From the human T2T-CHM13v2.0 reference genome, Homo sapiens, in NCBI RefSeq assembly GCF_009914755.1, contig NC_060935.1: a stretch of 64,000 bases of DNA. The stretch is one strand, 5' to 3'. A program made the position numbers and the translations under genes. The notes under the pieces are model-generated. The model did no database searches. It saw only the letters and a program-made list of their open reading frames with translations, and was not told the DNA's origin. Below, piece by piece: positions 28,475 through 41,302 of the stretch (position 1 is its first letter; each line of letters begins with the position of its first letter).

Positions 28475-28803
28475 AGCTGGGTGCAGTGGCTCCTGTCTGT
28501 AATCCCAGGGCTTTTGGAGGCTGAGGAGAGAGGATTGGTTGGGACCAGGAGTTTGAGACCAGCCTGGTCAATATAACAAGACCCCGTGTCTACAAAAAAA
28601 AAATTTTTTTTTAAATTAGCCAGGCATGATGGTGCACACCTGGAGTCCCCACTACCAGGAAGTCTGAGGTGGAGGGATTCCTTGAAGCCTAGGAGTTCCA
28701 GGCTGCAGTGGGCTACGATTACACTACTGTACCCAGCCTATGTGACAACGCAAGACTATGTTTCTTAAAACTAACTAAATAAATAAATAAAATAAATAAA
28801 AAA
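28475..28803 (+). mobile_element. AluJ
   Basis: Diverged dimeric Alu with J-type features and (TAAA)n tail. Confidence 0.9.
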
Positions 28804-28864
28804 TCCTGAAATCAAAGGATCTGTGTTGGCCCACCTCTTCCAACGTTTCTCTTTTGCCCTAACA

Positions 28865-28991
28865 CAGTGGTTCTCAGCCAGGGGCAATTTTGTAATGTCT
28901 GGACACATTTTTGGTTTTGCTGCAAATCACCCCCCAAAACAAAGAATTATTTTGCCCCAAATGCCAATAGGGCCGAGGTCGAGAAACCCTA
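28865..28991 (+). mobile_element. Internally deleted MER20
   Basis: Both MER20 ends ('cagtggttctca', 'ccaaatgccaatagggccgaggtcgagaaaccct') within ~125 bp. Confidence 0.75.
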
Positions 28992-29907
28992 TCCCAACAG
29001 ATGTCAGGGAGGCAGAAGGAGCCAGCCATGGGCAATTCCTTACACTTTTTACCCCCAACCGCCCGCATCCCTGTCACCCAAGAACACATCTGAGACTTTG
29101 CACCACATACTGAAATACGTGCCTACTCTCATGTGGACACAAATAGATACCAGAAGCCTGGCCTAGCCCCAACAGAAACATGACACATCTTCCACGAACA
29201 GCAAAATCTTCCTGAATTTCCTCCGTTCTAATTATACATTTTCCCATATTTTAAGTTTTCTGAAAATGGAATGTGTCTCATAATGAATGTAGTTTCCCTT
29301 ATCCCAATGCTGTTATAAAATCAATGGAAACTCCTATAAATGATTACGTTTATAATCAGAGAAACATGGTAGTTTAAACCATAACATTTACATAGAAATA
29401 CAAACAAACAATAGAGCATGATGTAAAAATTTGCTTGGTTTCAAAGAATTTTTCCCTTGTGGCAGGCCCCTTTGGCCAATGTGAGTTCAAACTCTTCTAC
29501 CTTGTTGGTAGAGAGACTTAAAACATTATAGAGTTTACTCTCAGGATGAAAAAAGGCCAAAGGTAAGACGGTCTGTGAATGAGACCAACCATGGTGAGCT
29601 CACTTTCAGAATCTCAGCATCAGAGAGACCTGACTTCCCTCCTCCCAACCCTTCACACCCTCCTACTGCATCTTCACTCCAATAATCTTTGATGGCTTTT
29701 TTTCTGTGTTTTTCCATAATTCGCACCATTTCAGATGATTAGCACTTGTAAGTGTACTGGAGTTCACTGGGAAAAAAAGCATCCATGGGTTGTGCCTGCT
29801 GACTGCCTTGTTTTGCTGCGTGTCTGCACAAAACAGCAGGAAGTGGTCAATGCACCAGCTGTAGAGGGAGTGAGGCCAGTTATAGATCCAGTCTTAACAT
29901 CTTAGTT

Positions 29908-30215
<308 letters not shown>

Positions 30216-31264
30216 TTAGCTGATGGTCTCCTTGAACAAGTTAGGTAACTCTGAGCCTTGGTTTTCTCATACGTAAGGCACAGCAGATGGATAACAACAC
30301 TGTCCATTACAGAGCTGTTTCTCTTTAGTTACAAACAAAATAATTATGTGAAATACATGGTGCATGGCCAACTGCCCATGAAAGTTGGTGTGGCCTTCTG
30401 AGCAGGTTGTAGGATGTCTAGCAGTAATGATTCTAAAGATTCTATAACTTTGTACTTAGCTACACTTTGAGAGTTCCTGAATGAATTGAATACCATCAAA
30501 TACACCTAGACTGGGGGACCCCATGATGTTTTTTTCCAAATTCATCCTCACAAACTTATAATCGACCCATACAATATCCCTAATTGATTTTGAACAGTGA
30601 TGTTATGGGCAGGTGTGTGTTTGTTCTATAAAATTTCTGGGAATAAGATCCTTGACCTCATTGGTGTCCCGAGATAGTAGAAAGGCTTAGTCAAAAATCT
30701 GCTAATGTTCCTGGGCACCTCTGGCCATGCGTTATGGCAGTGCACTTGGTCAGGTGGCTAAGACTCAAGGCAACTCCCAGCACTCCCCTGGAACCCTGGG
30801 CAGAAGGCCCTTGGTTGCAATGTGGGCAAAAATGCGGTGCATTCCAAGACACCTACTTTTGATCAAGAATATAACGTATCTTTTCTCTGGGGCAGCAAAA
30901 TTCAAGGATCCTTCTCAGACATTTGAAATTTCTTCTGAGGGTCTAGAATATTCCTTTGCTCTTGTCGTTTACGCTTGTCTTGAAACAGACTAAGCAGGTG
31001 AATGGCATTGACAAATGTAAAATCTCTGACAATTTAGAGAGAATATTAAGAAAAATGGGGAAAATGAGAATAAAAGTAATCCTTATTCTTTCAAATATAA
31101 AGTCTTTATGTGAATTTTATTACATAAAAATGTAAAACTAATTTTCTGATAACACATTATTTAAGTATTGTTATTTCAGGCAATAATTAACTTTTTACTC
31201 ATTTAATTTGCTCATTTTTATGGCAAGCATTGTATCTCTTATTATAAAAAAGTAAGATCTTTTA

Positions 31265-31588
<324 letters not shown>

Positions 31589-32169
31589 TTAAAAGCAAAT
31601 TCAAATCCATTAATTTTAGATCTCTATTAAAGGCAGAAAATCTAAATCAATGACTTAAATTAGACAGGAGTGGGGCTTTGTGCAAACAAGTACATTCGGA
31701 CAACATGAGAGCAGTATTAATCAGGCTTAATCTTTCTCAAAATGGGTAAAAAGCATTATAAATCTGTTTATGTTCATGAACCTCGTAACTTCATTTTGGG
31801 AATATGGTGCATGGAACAATCTCTAAGTAAAATAAATGCAATACAAAGATGGTCATTTGCAACACCACTTATAAAATAAGAAAACTGGAAACAATCAAGT
31901 CCAATTCCTGCAAAATAGTTAAACAAATGACACCACAGCAATAGTGAAGTATAACAGAGCCATTAAAAGACAGAATTCCTTACCCATATTCTCATATGGC
32001 AACCTACTGCATGTACATAAAGCTGAGCATAGTCAGGTCCTACATATTGTCCACACAATATAAGAGTGACCATTAGGACAACAACCAAGGCTAGAAAAGA
32101 ATTTAAAATAAGAATTTTATAGTATATTAAAATGGTTTAAGTTCTTTTTCTTTAAAAAAAGGGGGGAAA

Positions 32170-32458
<289 letters not shown>

Positions 32459-33700
32459 GGGAGGTGGGGGAAGCCTAGAAAACAGATATAAAGTATGTAA
32501 CATGATCTCAAATAGTATTGATGTATGTTATGACTAGAAGGGGAATACAACATTTCAACAGTGATTATCTCTAGTTGAAGAAATTGCAGGTGATTTTTTT
32601 CCCTTATGCATACATTTATATGTTTTAATACTGCTCTGCAATGAGCATGTAGAACTTTTATGATCATAATATTAATCATGTTTTTAAAAGCTGAAACTAT
32701 AAACAAATGAACTTCAAGGAATTCATTTTAAACAGGAGAAATAGGCCAAAATGTGAACAGAATAAGTAATTTATATTATTGTAGCAAGGAAAATTACCAG
32801 GTTCTTCACAACTTTGTATCATCCACACTGCCAAGCAAATACAGAAAGCCCTTGCTCAAATCCAATTTTTCCAGACTTTCTCAATGTTTTCTGGTTTCCT
32901 GAGTAACTGCTATTTGCAATTTCTGTTTCATTTGACTTCTTTATTTTATTTTTTTATCATCATCTTGGACTTCTGAAAAGGGAAACTAACATGCGAAAGA
33001 ACAGAGTACTGAATATTGTCCCACTTCTGGTAAACCCTAAAGCTGCACCCAGAACCTAGTGAACACTGAATAATGTGTTGAGAGAATAAATAAGTACTAG
33101 CCATTTTTTCCAATAATGGAAAAAAAGAAAGAGTAATTTGAAGGAATAAATGAATAGCAAGCGGGAGGCGGTGGTCATTGTCACACCCACACTCTACGTT
33201 GCAAGAGGAAAGAGAAATACTTAACAAGGACCCAGAGAATAACATGGGACCAAATATCTTATGCCTTTAGTACTATTAAAAAATACCTTTTTCACCACAA
33301 AAGCCAGACCTGCTAATTTTCCCACCAAATACAGGCAGCAGTGCAACATCGCTGACACTTTTACTTTAGATCTTTGGACCCAAGACTTTGACAGCAGGGT
33401 AAACTGCTTGACAATAAAATCTTAGTTAAAGCCACTTGCACTTGCTAGTGGAAATACAGCTATCACACAACAGGGAAATGGCAGAGCTGCAATTCATGAA
33501 TTTTCATTTGTGTCAATTTCTTCACAGTGATGGCTGAAGACACTAACATTAGAACCTGTAGAAAGAACATGAGGCTGAAAGTAGAGGACATATTCATTAA
33601 GGACTGCGTCACACACTTTTGGGTTCTTCAATTCTTCAAGATCCAATCATGGATGATGATTTTGATTTAAAAAAATACAGCTTTTCCAAGTCACCACTTA

Positions 33701-34597
33701 CCTGCTATACTGCAGAGAAAAAGCTGTCAGCTGCTTTAAAGTTTTCCTAGCCAGTGTTTTGACCTCAAAGACATCAAAAACTGTCCTATCGACTGCTGTC
33801 ATTTGGCTCAGGAGCCCAAGGTCACTGTTTGTTTGGATGTTGTGTAATCATGAGAGTAAAGTCATCATCAGTATCATGTAATTAATATATTATTTAAGCA
33901 GTCATTTCAAGGGGAATAATTTGATGTGGAAAGATAAAAATAACTCTGGTTCTTCCATTAATTCATTAATTCATTCAGCGTACCAAGTACTTGGCTCACT
34001 GCCAGGCACTGGCATGCAGAGACCTGTGCATTTTATTCAGCATCCTAAGATGTTTCAGAAACCAATTGTTTTTCCTGAAAATCAGATTATATTTCCCAAC
34101 TCTTACTCCTTTCTCTGAGCCTCAATGTTCCTAAGGAAGATCTCATTCACAGGAGCGAAATCACATTATTTCAGCCCCTGGGAAAAGCAAGTGTCTTTGC
34201 CAAATACCAAAATAGGCTCTCATGAGTGTCTTATAATAACCTATTTTTCTGCCTTTTCATTTCTCCTCCCTCTCCAGGAATGCAAACTGATTCCTCCCTT
34301 CTCATCACCCCTCACAACCCACCCTTAACCCATCCAAGATTTCTGACCTGACCATTCTCTCGGCTCCAGGAACGTGCTGGTCACGTAGTGCTGGAGTGAG
34401 CTGTGCCTTCCATCACAGTCCTGCTATACTATAGAGGAAAAGCTGTCGGGGGCTTTAAAGTTTACCTACCCAGTGTTTTGATGACAAAGACGTCACAAAC
34501 TGTCCTACTGACTTTTGTCATTTGGTTCGAGAGCCCAAGGTCACTGTTTGTTTGGACATTGTGTAATTATGGGAGTTAAAGTCATCATCAGTGTCAT
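33701..34597 (+). repeat. Dispersed direct repeat, 177/178 bp (33701-33877 and 34420-34597), ~85% identical
   Basis: Hand alignment gives about 25 substitutions and 1 indel; no TE family recognised. Confidence 0.92.
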
Positions 34598-35161
34598 CTT
34601 TGGCCTTTGATGTCCCTTTTCTCTCCTTAGGCAAGAACCATGGCTGTTTCCCTCCCACGTTTTGTGAATTTCTACTTGGTTATCCCAGCAGCCTGTGGGT
34701 AAGCCCCTGAGCCTGTCAGTAGCTCTGACACCAGATGACCTTCCCTGGGTACCTACCTTCACTTCTCTAACACCACCCTTCCAACCCCAGTGACCATTAA
34801 CCATTTCATCCTTGGAAGACTTGCTCTTTGACATTTAACCCTGACCCAGTAAAGTCATTAGTCTTTAACTTCTAAATCCCAATGTAGAAGAAACTAGCTC
34901 ATTTTAAGGCCCAGAGATGCCCCAGCTTCTGATCTTTTCTTGATGCTTAAATTCTAAATGTTCCATAGCTTAATTTACTCCTGGATTTTGTGGAAGGACC
35001 TCTCTTTGTTTTCTAATTAAATGTAAAATGAAAGGTCAAGCTGTTGTTTTGAGGTAGGTTTGGACTCTAGTCTCCATGTCACCTTCCATGGCTTCCATAA
35101 ACCATAACACCATTTCTCAGATGTGCCTCTCAGAACACTAATCACCTAAAATGTTCCTGCA

Positions 35162-35480
35162 TTTATTTTGTTTATTTATTTATTATTATTTTTTTTTTGA
35201 GAAAGAGTCTCATTCTGTTGCCCACGCTGGAGTACAGTGGTGCAATCTCGGCCCACTGCAACGTCCACCTCCCGGGCTCAAGTGATTTTCCTGTCTCAGC
35301 CTCCTGAGTAGCTGGGACTACAGGTGCCCACCAGCATGCCCAACTAATTTTTGTATGTTTAGTAGAGATGGGGTTTCACCATGTTGGCCAGGGTGGTCTC
35401 AAACTCCTGACCTCAAGTGATTCACCTGCCTCAGCCTCGCAAAATGCTGGGATTATAGGCATGAGCCACCATGACTGGCC
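35162..35480 (-). mobile_element. AluS
   Basis: Reverse-complement Alu; TSD-like tcctgcattt. Confidence 0.93.
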
Positions 35481-35999
35481 TGCTCCTGCATTTTAAGATG
35501 ATGGGGGTCAAATCAGATTTGACAGAGCTGCCCACTTTTGGAGGCTAAGAATGTACATTAGTTTATTAAAGGCTCTGAGAAATTCTGCAGTGAAGAAACA
35601 TTCAACTTTGCTTAACCAAGCCATACCCAAAGTTACCCAGAACATGTTAACTTTTTGTTTGTTTTATTTTTCTTATGTAAGAACTATATAGATGTATGGA
35701 TTTATTGATCCAAGGAACATACTCTGAAGCAATAGTCTTCTATATAAAGATCAAGCTCCCTAACATAGCACACAGGCCCTCTGTGTCCAGGCTGGCCTCC
35801 CTCACTTCTGGAGAAGGCCTTTGTTACTCGCTCCTCCTTTCTGCTTCCCCCACCCCTTGTCAGGCATCAAAATCTCCCATATCATGGCAATCCTTTAGGT
35901 TAAGAAGAGGGGACAAATGGGTGAGAACACAGAGGACTCTGAGTCTAAGCCACAGAGTTGGATTTAGTCTTATGGTAGAAAGGAATAAAGGCTTTTGTC

Positions 36000-36301
36000 A
36001 GCTGGGTACGGTGGCTCACACCTGTAATCTCAGCACTTTGGGAGGCCTAGGCAGGAGGACTCCTTGAGCCTAGGAGTTCAAGACCACCCTGGACAACATG
36101 GCAAAACCAAGTCTTCCACAAAAATACAAAAATTAACTGGGCATGGTGATGCCTGCCTGCAGTCTCAGCTACTCCAAGGGCTGAAGTAGAGGATCACTTG
36201 AGCCTGGGAGGTTGAGGCTGCAGTGAGCCACGTTCACACCACTGCACTCTAGCCTAGGTGATAGACACAGTGAGACCCTGTCTCAAAAATAAATAAATAA
36301 T
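36000..36301 (+). mobile_element. AluJ
   Basis: Diverged Alu; TSD aaag(g/a)cttttgtca. Confidence 0.92.
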
Positions 36302-36729
36302 TAAAGACTTTTGTCATCATATTGGTAGGATTCAGGCTGCTATATAGAATTATTAATCTGACCAGAGGTTAGCACAGAGAATGGAGCTTCAGTTCTCACC
36401 TGGTATAGGCAATGGTGGAGATCGGGCCAGGGGACTCTCCAAACTACCATCTACCCCAGACAGCAGATGCCCAAGATGTTTTGCATGTGGCCTGATGCAG
36501 AGCTCTGCTCTGCACAATCCCCGCAGGTGTCTGGATCATCTAGACACACTCCTCACCATATCTGTGGCTCTTTCATAGCTGTCTCTGGCCCCTCCCTGGG
36601 CCATTTCAATCCCAATCTGAAATTTTCACAGGAGATATAACATCTGAGAGAGGACTGTTCTTCAGTTGGTTCCTAATAGCAGCCATAGATAAATATGTTA
36701 AAATAAAGAATCCTGTGGCCTGCAGTGGA

Positions 36730-36955
36730 CATCTTTTGGAGCACCACCTGAGATTCCAATCCTACTTTCAACACTCATGAGCTGTGTGGCCTTGGACAGA
36801 TTATCTAACATCTGTGAACCTCAAATACTTCATTCATACAACAGATGATAATAATAATAACTATTCACGGGACTGTAGTGAAAATTAATTCCATCAATAC
36901 ATGTGAAAGTGCCTGGAATGTGGCATGCAACATATGGTAACTATTATGATTATCC
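36730..36955 (+). mobile_element. MIR
   Basis: 'gctgtgtggccttggacagattatctaacatctgtgaacctca'. Confidence 0.7.
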
Positions 36956-39900
36956 TTACTATGTTGTATTTGTTCATTCCACAAAAATTTCTTAGGCAAA
37001 ACAACCATTGACTTTATGAGCCTTAAATGGCCTTTGAGCAACTTTGCTTTTGAGAGTCGCCATGGGAATCCATGGCAAATCCACAGCAAACTGGATTTTC
37101 AGGTCTCATGTCTTAGCAGCCTGACTACATCCAACTTCTAGTTGCAGCATCTACTCCCCCTTTTGGTGACATTTATCACTTTAGGACAATGATACTAGCT
37201 AATCTTCACTGAAGACTTACTATGTGCCAGCCACATTCTAAATGCTTCACATTTGGCTTGTTTGAATCTTTCAAAAACCTGATGAGGTAGCACTACTATT
37301 ATTCCTATTGGGGACAAGAAGAAGGCACAGAGAGACTGAGCAACTTGCTGAAGTTCACAAAGCAGGTCAGCGGCAGACCCTCAAAGTCGGACTCCTGAGC
37401 CAATGCATGTTACTATTGCACACCCTGCCTCTCACTGGAGAGGCTTACTGTCTCTCTAGAGAAGGGGAGGTGTGCAGCATGAATGTCATAAAGGATGGGA
37501 AGTGGAGAAGCCAGGAGTGGCTGCAGGTGAGGTTCAGAAAGCAAAACCATCTTTTGGGTGTTGTGTATTCTGCCCCAGATGACAATTTTGGGGTTGTTCC
37601 AGACCGTGGATGTCTGAGTAGGAGGCAGACAGCAGGCTGTTGCCTGGTAGTGGGGAAGGAAGGGCGGATGGCTTGGAGCTTGGGACACAGCTAAAGTTGC
37701 TACAGATGCCTCTTCTCGGTTGCCAAAGGTTTTGTAACTTACAAAATAGGGAGCTCATTGGAGGGTTTCAAACCTCATTTGGGGTACAGGACCAGAGAAT
37801 GCCTTCAGATCTCTCCAGGCTGTCAAATTCCAGGATACAAGTTCCCCCAGGGACATCTCTAACACATCTGGCTTGGTCTCAAAATGACAGAGGAACTAGC
37901 ACTTAGAGCACTTTCTGTCAGCCAGTTGCTTTATACTGAGTTCTTCCAGCAACTCTCTGCACGGAATTATTATTATGTCCATCTTCTTGATGAGGCAAAG
38001 AGAGAGAAAATAACTTGCTCCAGGACACGTGGCTGACAAGGTCTGGAGCTAGGACCTGAGCCAAAGAAAGAAGGAAGAAAATGATATCTGGGTGTAGTAC
38101 TTGGTACTCAATAGGTGTTTTGAACAGGAGGGGCATCATACCTTTTCCTCACTGATTGGTTCTCATTCAAGCATCTACAAAGGACCAGGACACGGAGGTG
38201 TACAAGGCAGGCTAGGTCTGTACCTGCACTGAGTGGTATTTCCTGTTCCACCAAAGACAAGAGCTTAGCAGGTGGCAGGGGCACCGGCAGAAAGAGGATG
38301 ACCCTCAGACCCAGGACCCTGCACTGTTTTCCATTGCTGCCATCCCATGCACAGAGGCTGGATTGAAAAGCAGCTCTTGGAACAGAGTCTGCTTGCTCTG
38401 ACACTAAGAACACCATATGTGTCCCTGCCACAAAGGGAGAGAAGACACTCCCTGCTGTTCTGGAGGTGGTGTCCAGGAGCTGGCAAGCAGCCTCTTGGCA
38501 TTTTATTTCAATAGCTGAGGGTGGGGGCTGTGGGGAGAGTTAAGCAATGGAAAGTTTTCCTTTGTGCTGCCCTCACAAGGCATTTCTGGAAAGGGTCAGT
38601 TTGGGGTGATTCATCATCTACCCATGTAGACTCACACTGAGAAGCCAGCTCAGATACTGTGATTAAAAATACATTTCTTCTCACCTACTTTCTTATTAAT
38701 ATTCTGTAAGTGTACTAAAGGGGCCTCAGTCAATAGTAAGAAAAGTTCATTTACCCAGTAGTAGCTACACTGGCTCTAATCATTTGGTGAATGTAACTAT
38801 CTACCTAAAGACTTGATTTTCTTTTCAAAGAGCTATGGTAAAATGCCAAGCACTAAACAATCCAGCAAAGCAATTACTTGCTCAACAGTCTGCTGAAGTT
38901 TGAATACCACTCACTAACTACACACATTAGGTAAGTGATCAGATTTCCCTGAGCCTTAGTTTCTTCATATGTAAAATGGAGATAATCAGGATACCTATTG
39001 TAGTCATAGGTTAATACATACACACCCCCATGATGGTGCCTGGAACATCACCTGCACTCAATACAAGTTAGCTATCATTATGCACACTCAACCTATTTCT
39101 TAATATTTATGGTCATTTATTCTCTTACTGTGTGTGCCAGGTGCAGGGCTGAGGGCTTATAGACATCACACAATTCAGTCCTCAAGACAACCCTGTGAGG
39201 TGGGTATTAAGCCCATATTACAGATGAGAAAATGGAGAAAAAGAAGTCCATACCTGGTGGATGGCAGAGCAGGGCAGGTTCATCTGAACGCACAGCCAAT
39301 GCGTTTTAGAGTAAGACTGTGAAACTAGCAAGAGAGAAAACCTTATGATCTCTGTTTAACAGGTCAAGAAACTGAGGCAGAGAGATGTTAAGTGACAAAT
39401 CCACATCCAGTTTTGTTTGCACAACACATGGGACAAACATCAAAGTGGATGGGTCAGGAGATGATACTGAGGAGGCCGAGGAATAAGCTGGCTTTCTCCC
39501 TTGACTAAAATAATACAGCAAAGGTGCTTCTGGTCCCTCTGGGGCTGGGTTGTATCCATGCCATTTGGGCAACTCCTCTAAGTGCCTCCAAAGCCCTTGA
39601 CATTGCTCCTTACACATGATCAATGATATGGTAAAGCTGGTGTAACTACAGCCCTGCCATCAGCCTGGCTCTGAGGTCAGCATTTCCAGCATCAGTCTCA
39701 GTGTAGCATTCCCAAGTCTCCACAATCACCAAAGATCATAAACGGTGTGAGTTTGAATCCTTGTCGTAAAATCTGCTCCTAGGAACCCAAACCAACACAG
39801 AACCAAAGTAACACATGCCATTTTCAAGCAGAAACATTAACTTCTACATGTGGGATCACTCATCCGAAAAACTCCTCTTCATCCTTTAAAACCCCGCTCT

Positions 39901-40145
39901 GCTGTCTCTGTCTCTGCAAAGACTTCCCTGACCATCCCCAGCCTGCAACAAAAGTGATGTTTACCACTCCTGAACTATTTCTGTTTTCTTTACATAATTC
40001 AAATTGTTGTTACCCAGGGTGGACTGGCCATTACAGTTTATATGTCTGTCTGTCTGTCTCTCCCATCAGGCTGTGCACACCTCCATCGAGGCATCCACAA
40101 TTTATTTCAGTTCCTTGGGAATTAGCAATGCATATATGGTCTACA

Positions 40146-40368
40146 TCAGTGGCTCTCTACAGGGGTGACTTTTCCCCTAGGAACACGTGGCAACACCTGG
40201 AGACATGTTTGGTTGTCACAATTATGAGGTGAGGGGAGGGAGGCTATGGGCACCAAGTGGGTAGAGGACAGGAATGCTGCTAAACATGCTATAATGCATA
40301 AAACAGTCCTCCACGGCAAAGAATTAGCCAGCCCCAAATGTCAATAGTGCTGAGGTCAAAACACCCTG
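40146..40368 (+). mobile_element. MER20 hAT-Charlie
   Basis: 'cagtggctctc..ggttgtcacaa..gggtagaggacaggaatgctgctaaacat..gccccaaatgtcaatagtgctgagg'. Confidence 0.85.
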
Positions 40369-40439
40369 GTCTGGATGGTAGCTCTCAGTTAACCATCTAT
40401 TACATGTACTGTGTCAACTAGAGTTTATTATACTTATGA

Positions 40440-41302
40440 ATCAGGGTTCAGGGCCTGTTTTGGTTCTCAAGTATTGCTGCACCTCTGTGGGAGGATTACA
40501 CTTCTCTATCCCTGAAGACGTCCTTTGCCACGTGAATTCCTTTGGATAAAGAAATGTGAGCATGTCTCAGATGCTCTCAGTGCCCCACTCACGTCCCTCC
40601 TCCCTGTCCCTCTAATGCACTCCAGCCAACTTGTAACTGCTAGCATCTATCTCTTTGTCTGAGTGCTTTCTCGGAAGCTAGAAGGCTACTCTCTGTGTGT
40701 ACACACGGGCTGGAAGTGCTAGGAAATTAAAACTCCTCAGGAGTAGCCTTCAACCCATGTCTGGAAGGTTTGGTTGTGTAAATATACCAGCTCCCTTGTT
40801 CCTCAGGAGGGTAATTCTAAGGCACATGATTTGCCCTGTTTTCCAGAATTTCTCCATGGGACTGAACTGGAGTTGTCCACAGTGGTAGCTAGCTTGATAA
40901 CACATGTTCTCCTGACTGCCTTCCTTGTCTCATTTCTCCATTCCCTGACTGATGTTTCCTATATCTCCCTAATAATCTGTATGAGTTTGAAGCCGTGTCG
41001 TAAAATCTGCTCCTAGGAACCCAAACCAACACAGAACAGAAGTAACACATGCCACTTCCAAGTAGAAGCATTAGGAAGTTCCCCATGGTTCTGCTATTGC
41101 TCTTTTCCCCTCTGGTTTAAGAGAGGTGTGGCCCTGGCTGCTGCTTCAGCCCGGGTCCTAGGTGAAGAAGGTACAGTAAATGCATGCAGTTGCCCTGCAA
41201 CCAATGTGTAACAGACACAAAATCAAATTTTGTTGTTGGAAATCACTGAAACATGGGAGTGGTTGTTATTGAAGCAGAACCTGGTCAAAGCTGACTAATA
41301 CA
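40440..41302 (+). mobile_element. MLT1I/J-like LTR split by the LTR16-like element (5' boundary approximate)
   Basis: 'gaaatgtgagca | gaagtaacacatgccacttcc' is continuous once the LTR is removed; ends 'ctgactaataca'. Confidence 0.7.
40563..41033 (+). mobile_element. LTR16-like ERVL solo LTR nested in an MLT1
   Basis: TGT...ACA ends; 3' end 'ctgctcctaggaacccaaaccaacaca'; 5-bp TSD GAGCA/GAACA at 40558-40562 and 41034-41038. Confidence 0.7.

Larger units (their letters stand above)
39748..41073 (+). repeat. Dispersed direct repeat, 92 bp (39748-39839 and 40982-41073), ~91% identical
   Basis: Ungapped hand alignment gives 8 mismatches. Confidence 0.92.

Noticed and set aside
27330-29375. Two similar AT-rich segments (~27330-27505 and ~29220-29375)
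   Set aside because: They look like independent copies of an ancient Tigger-like repeat; family not identified confidently and similarity too low to call a local duplication.
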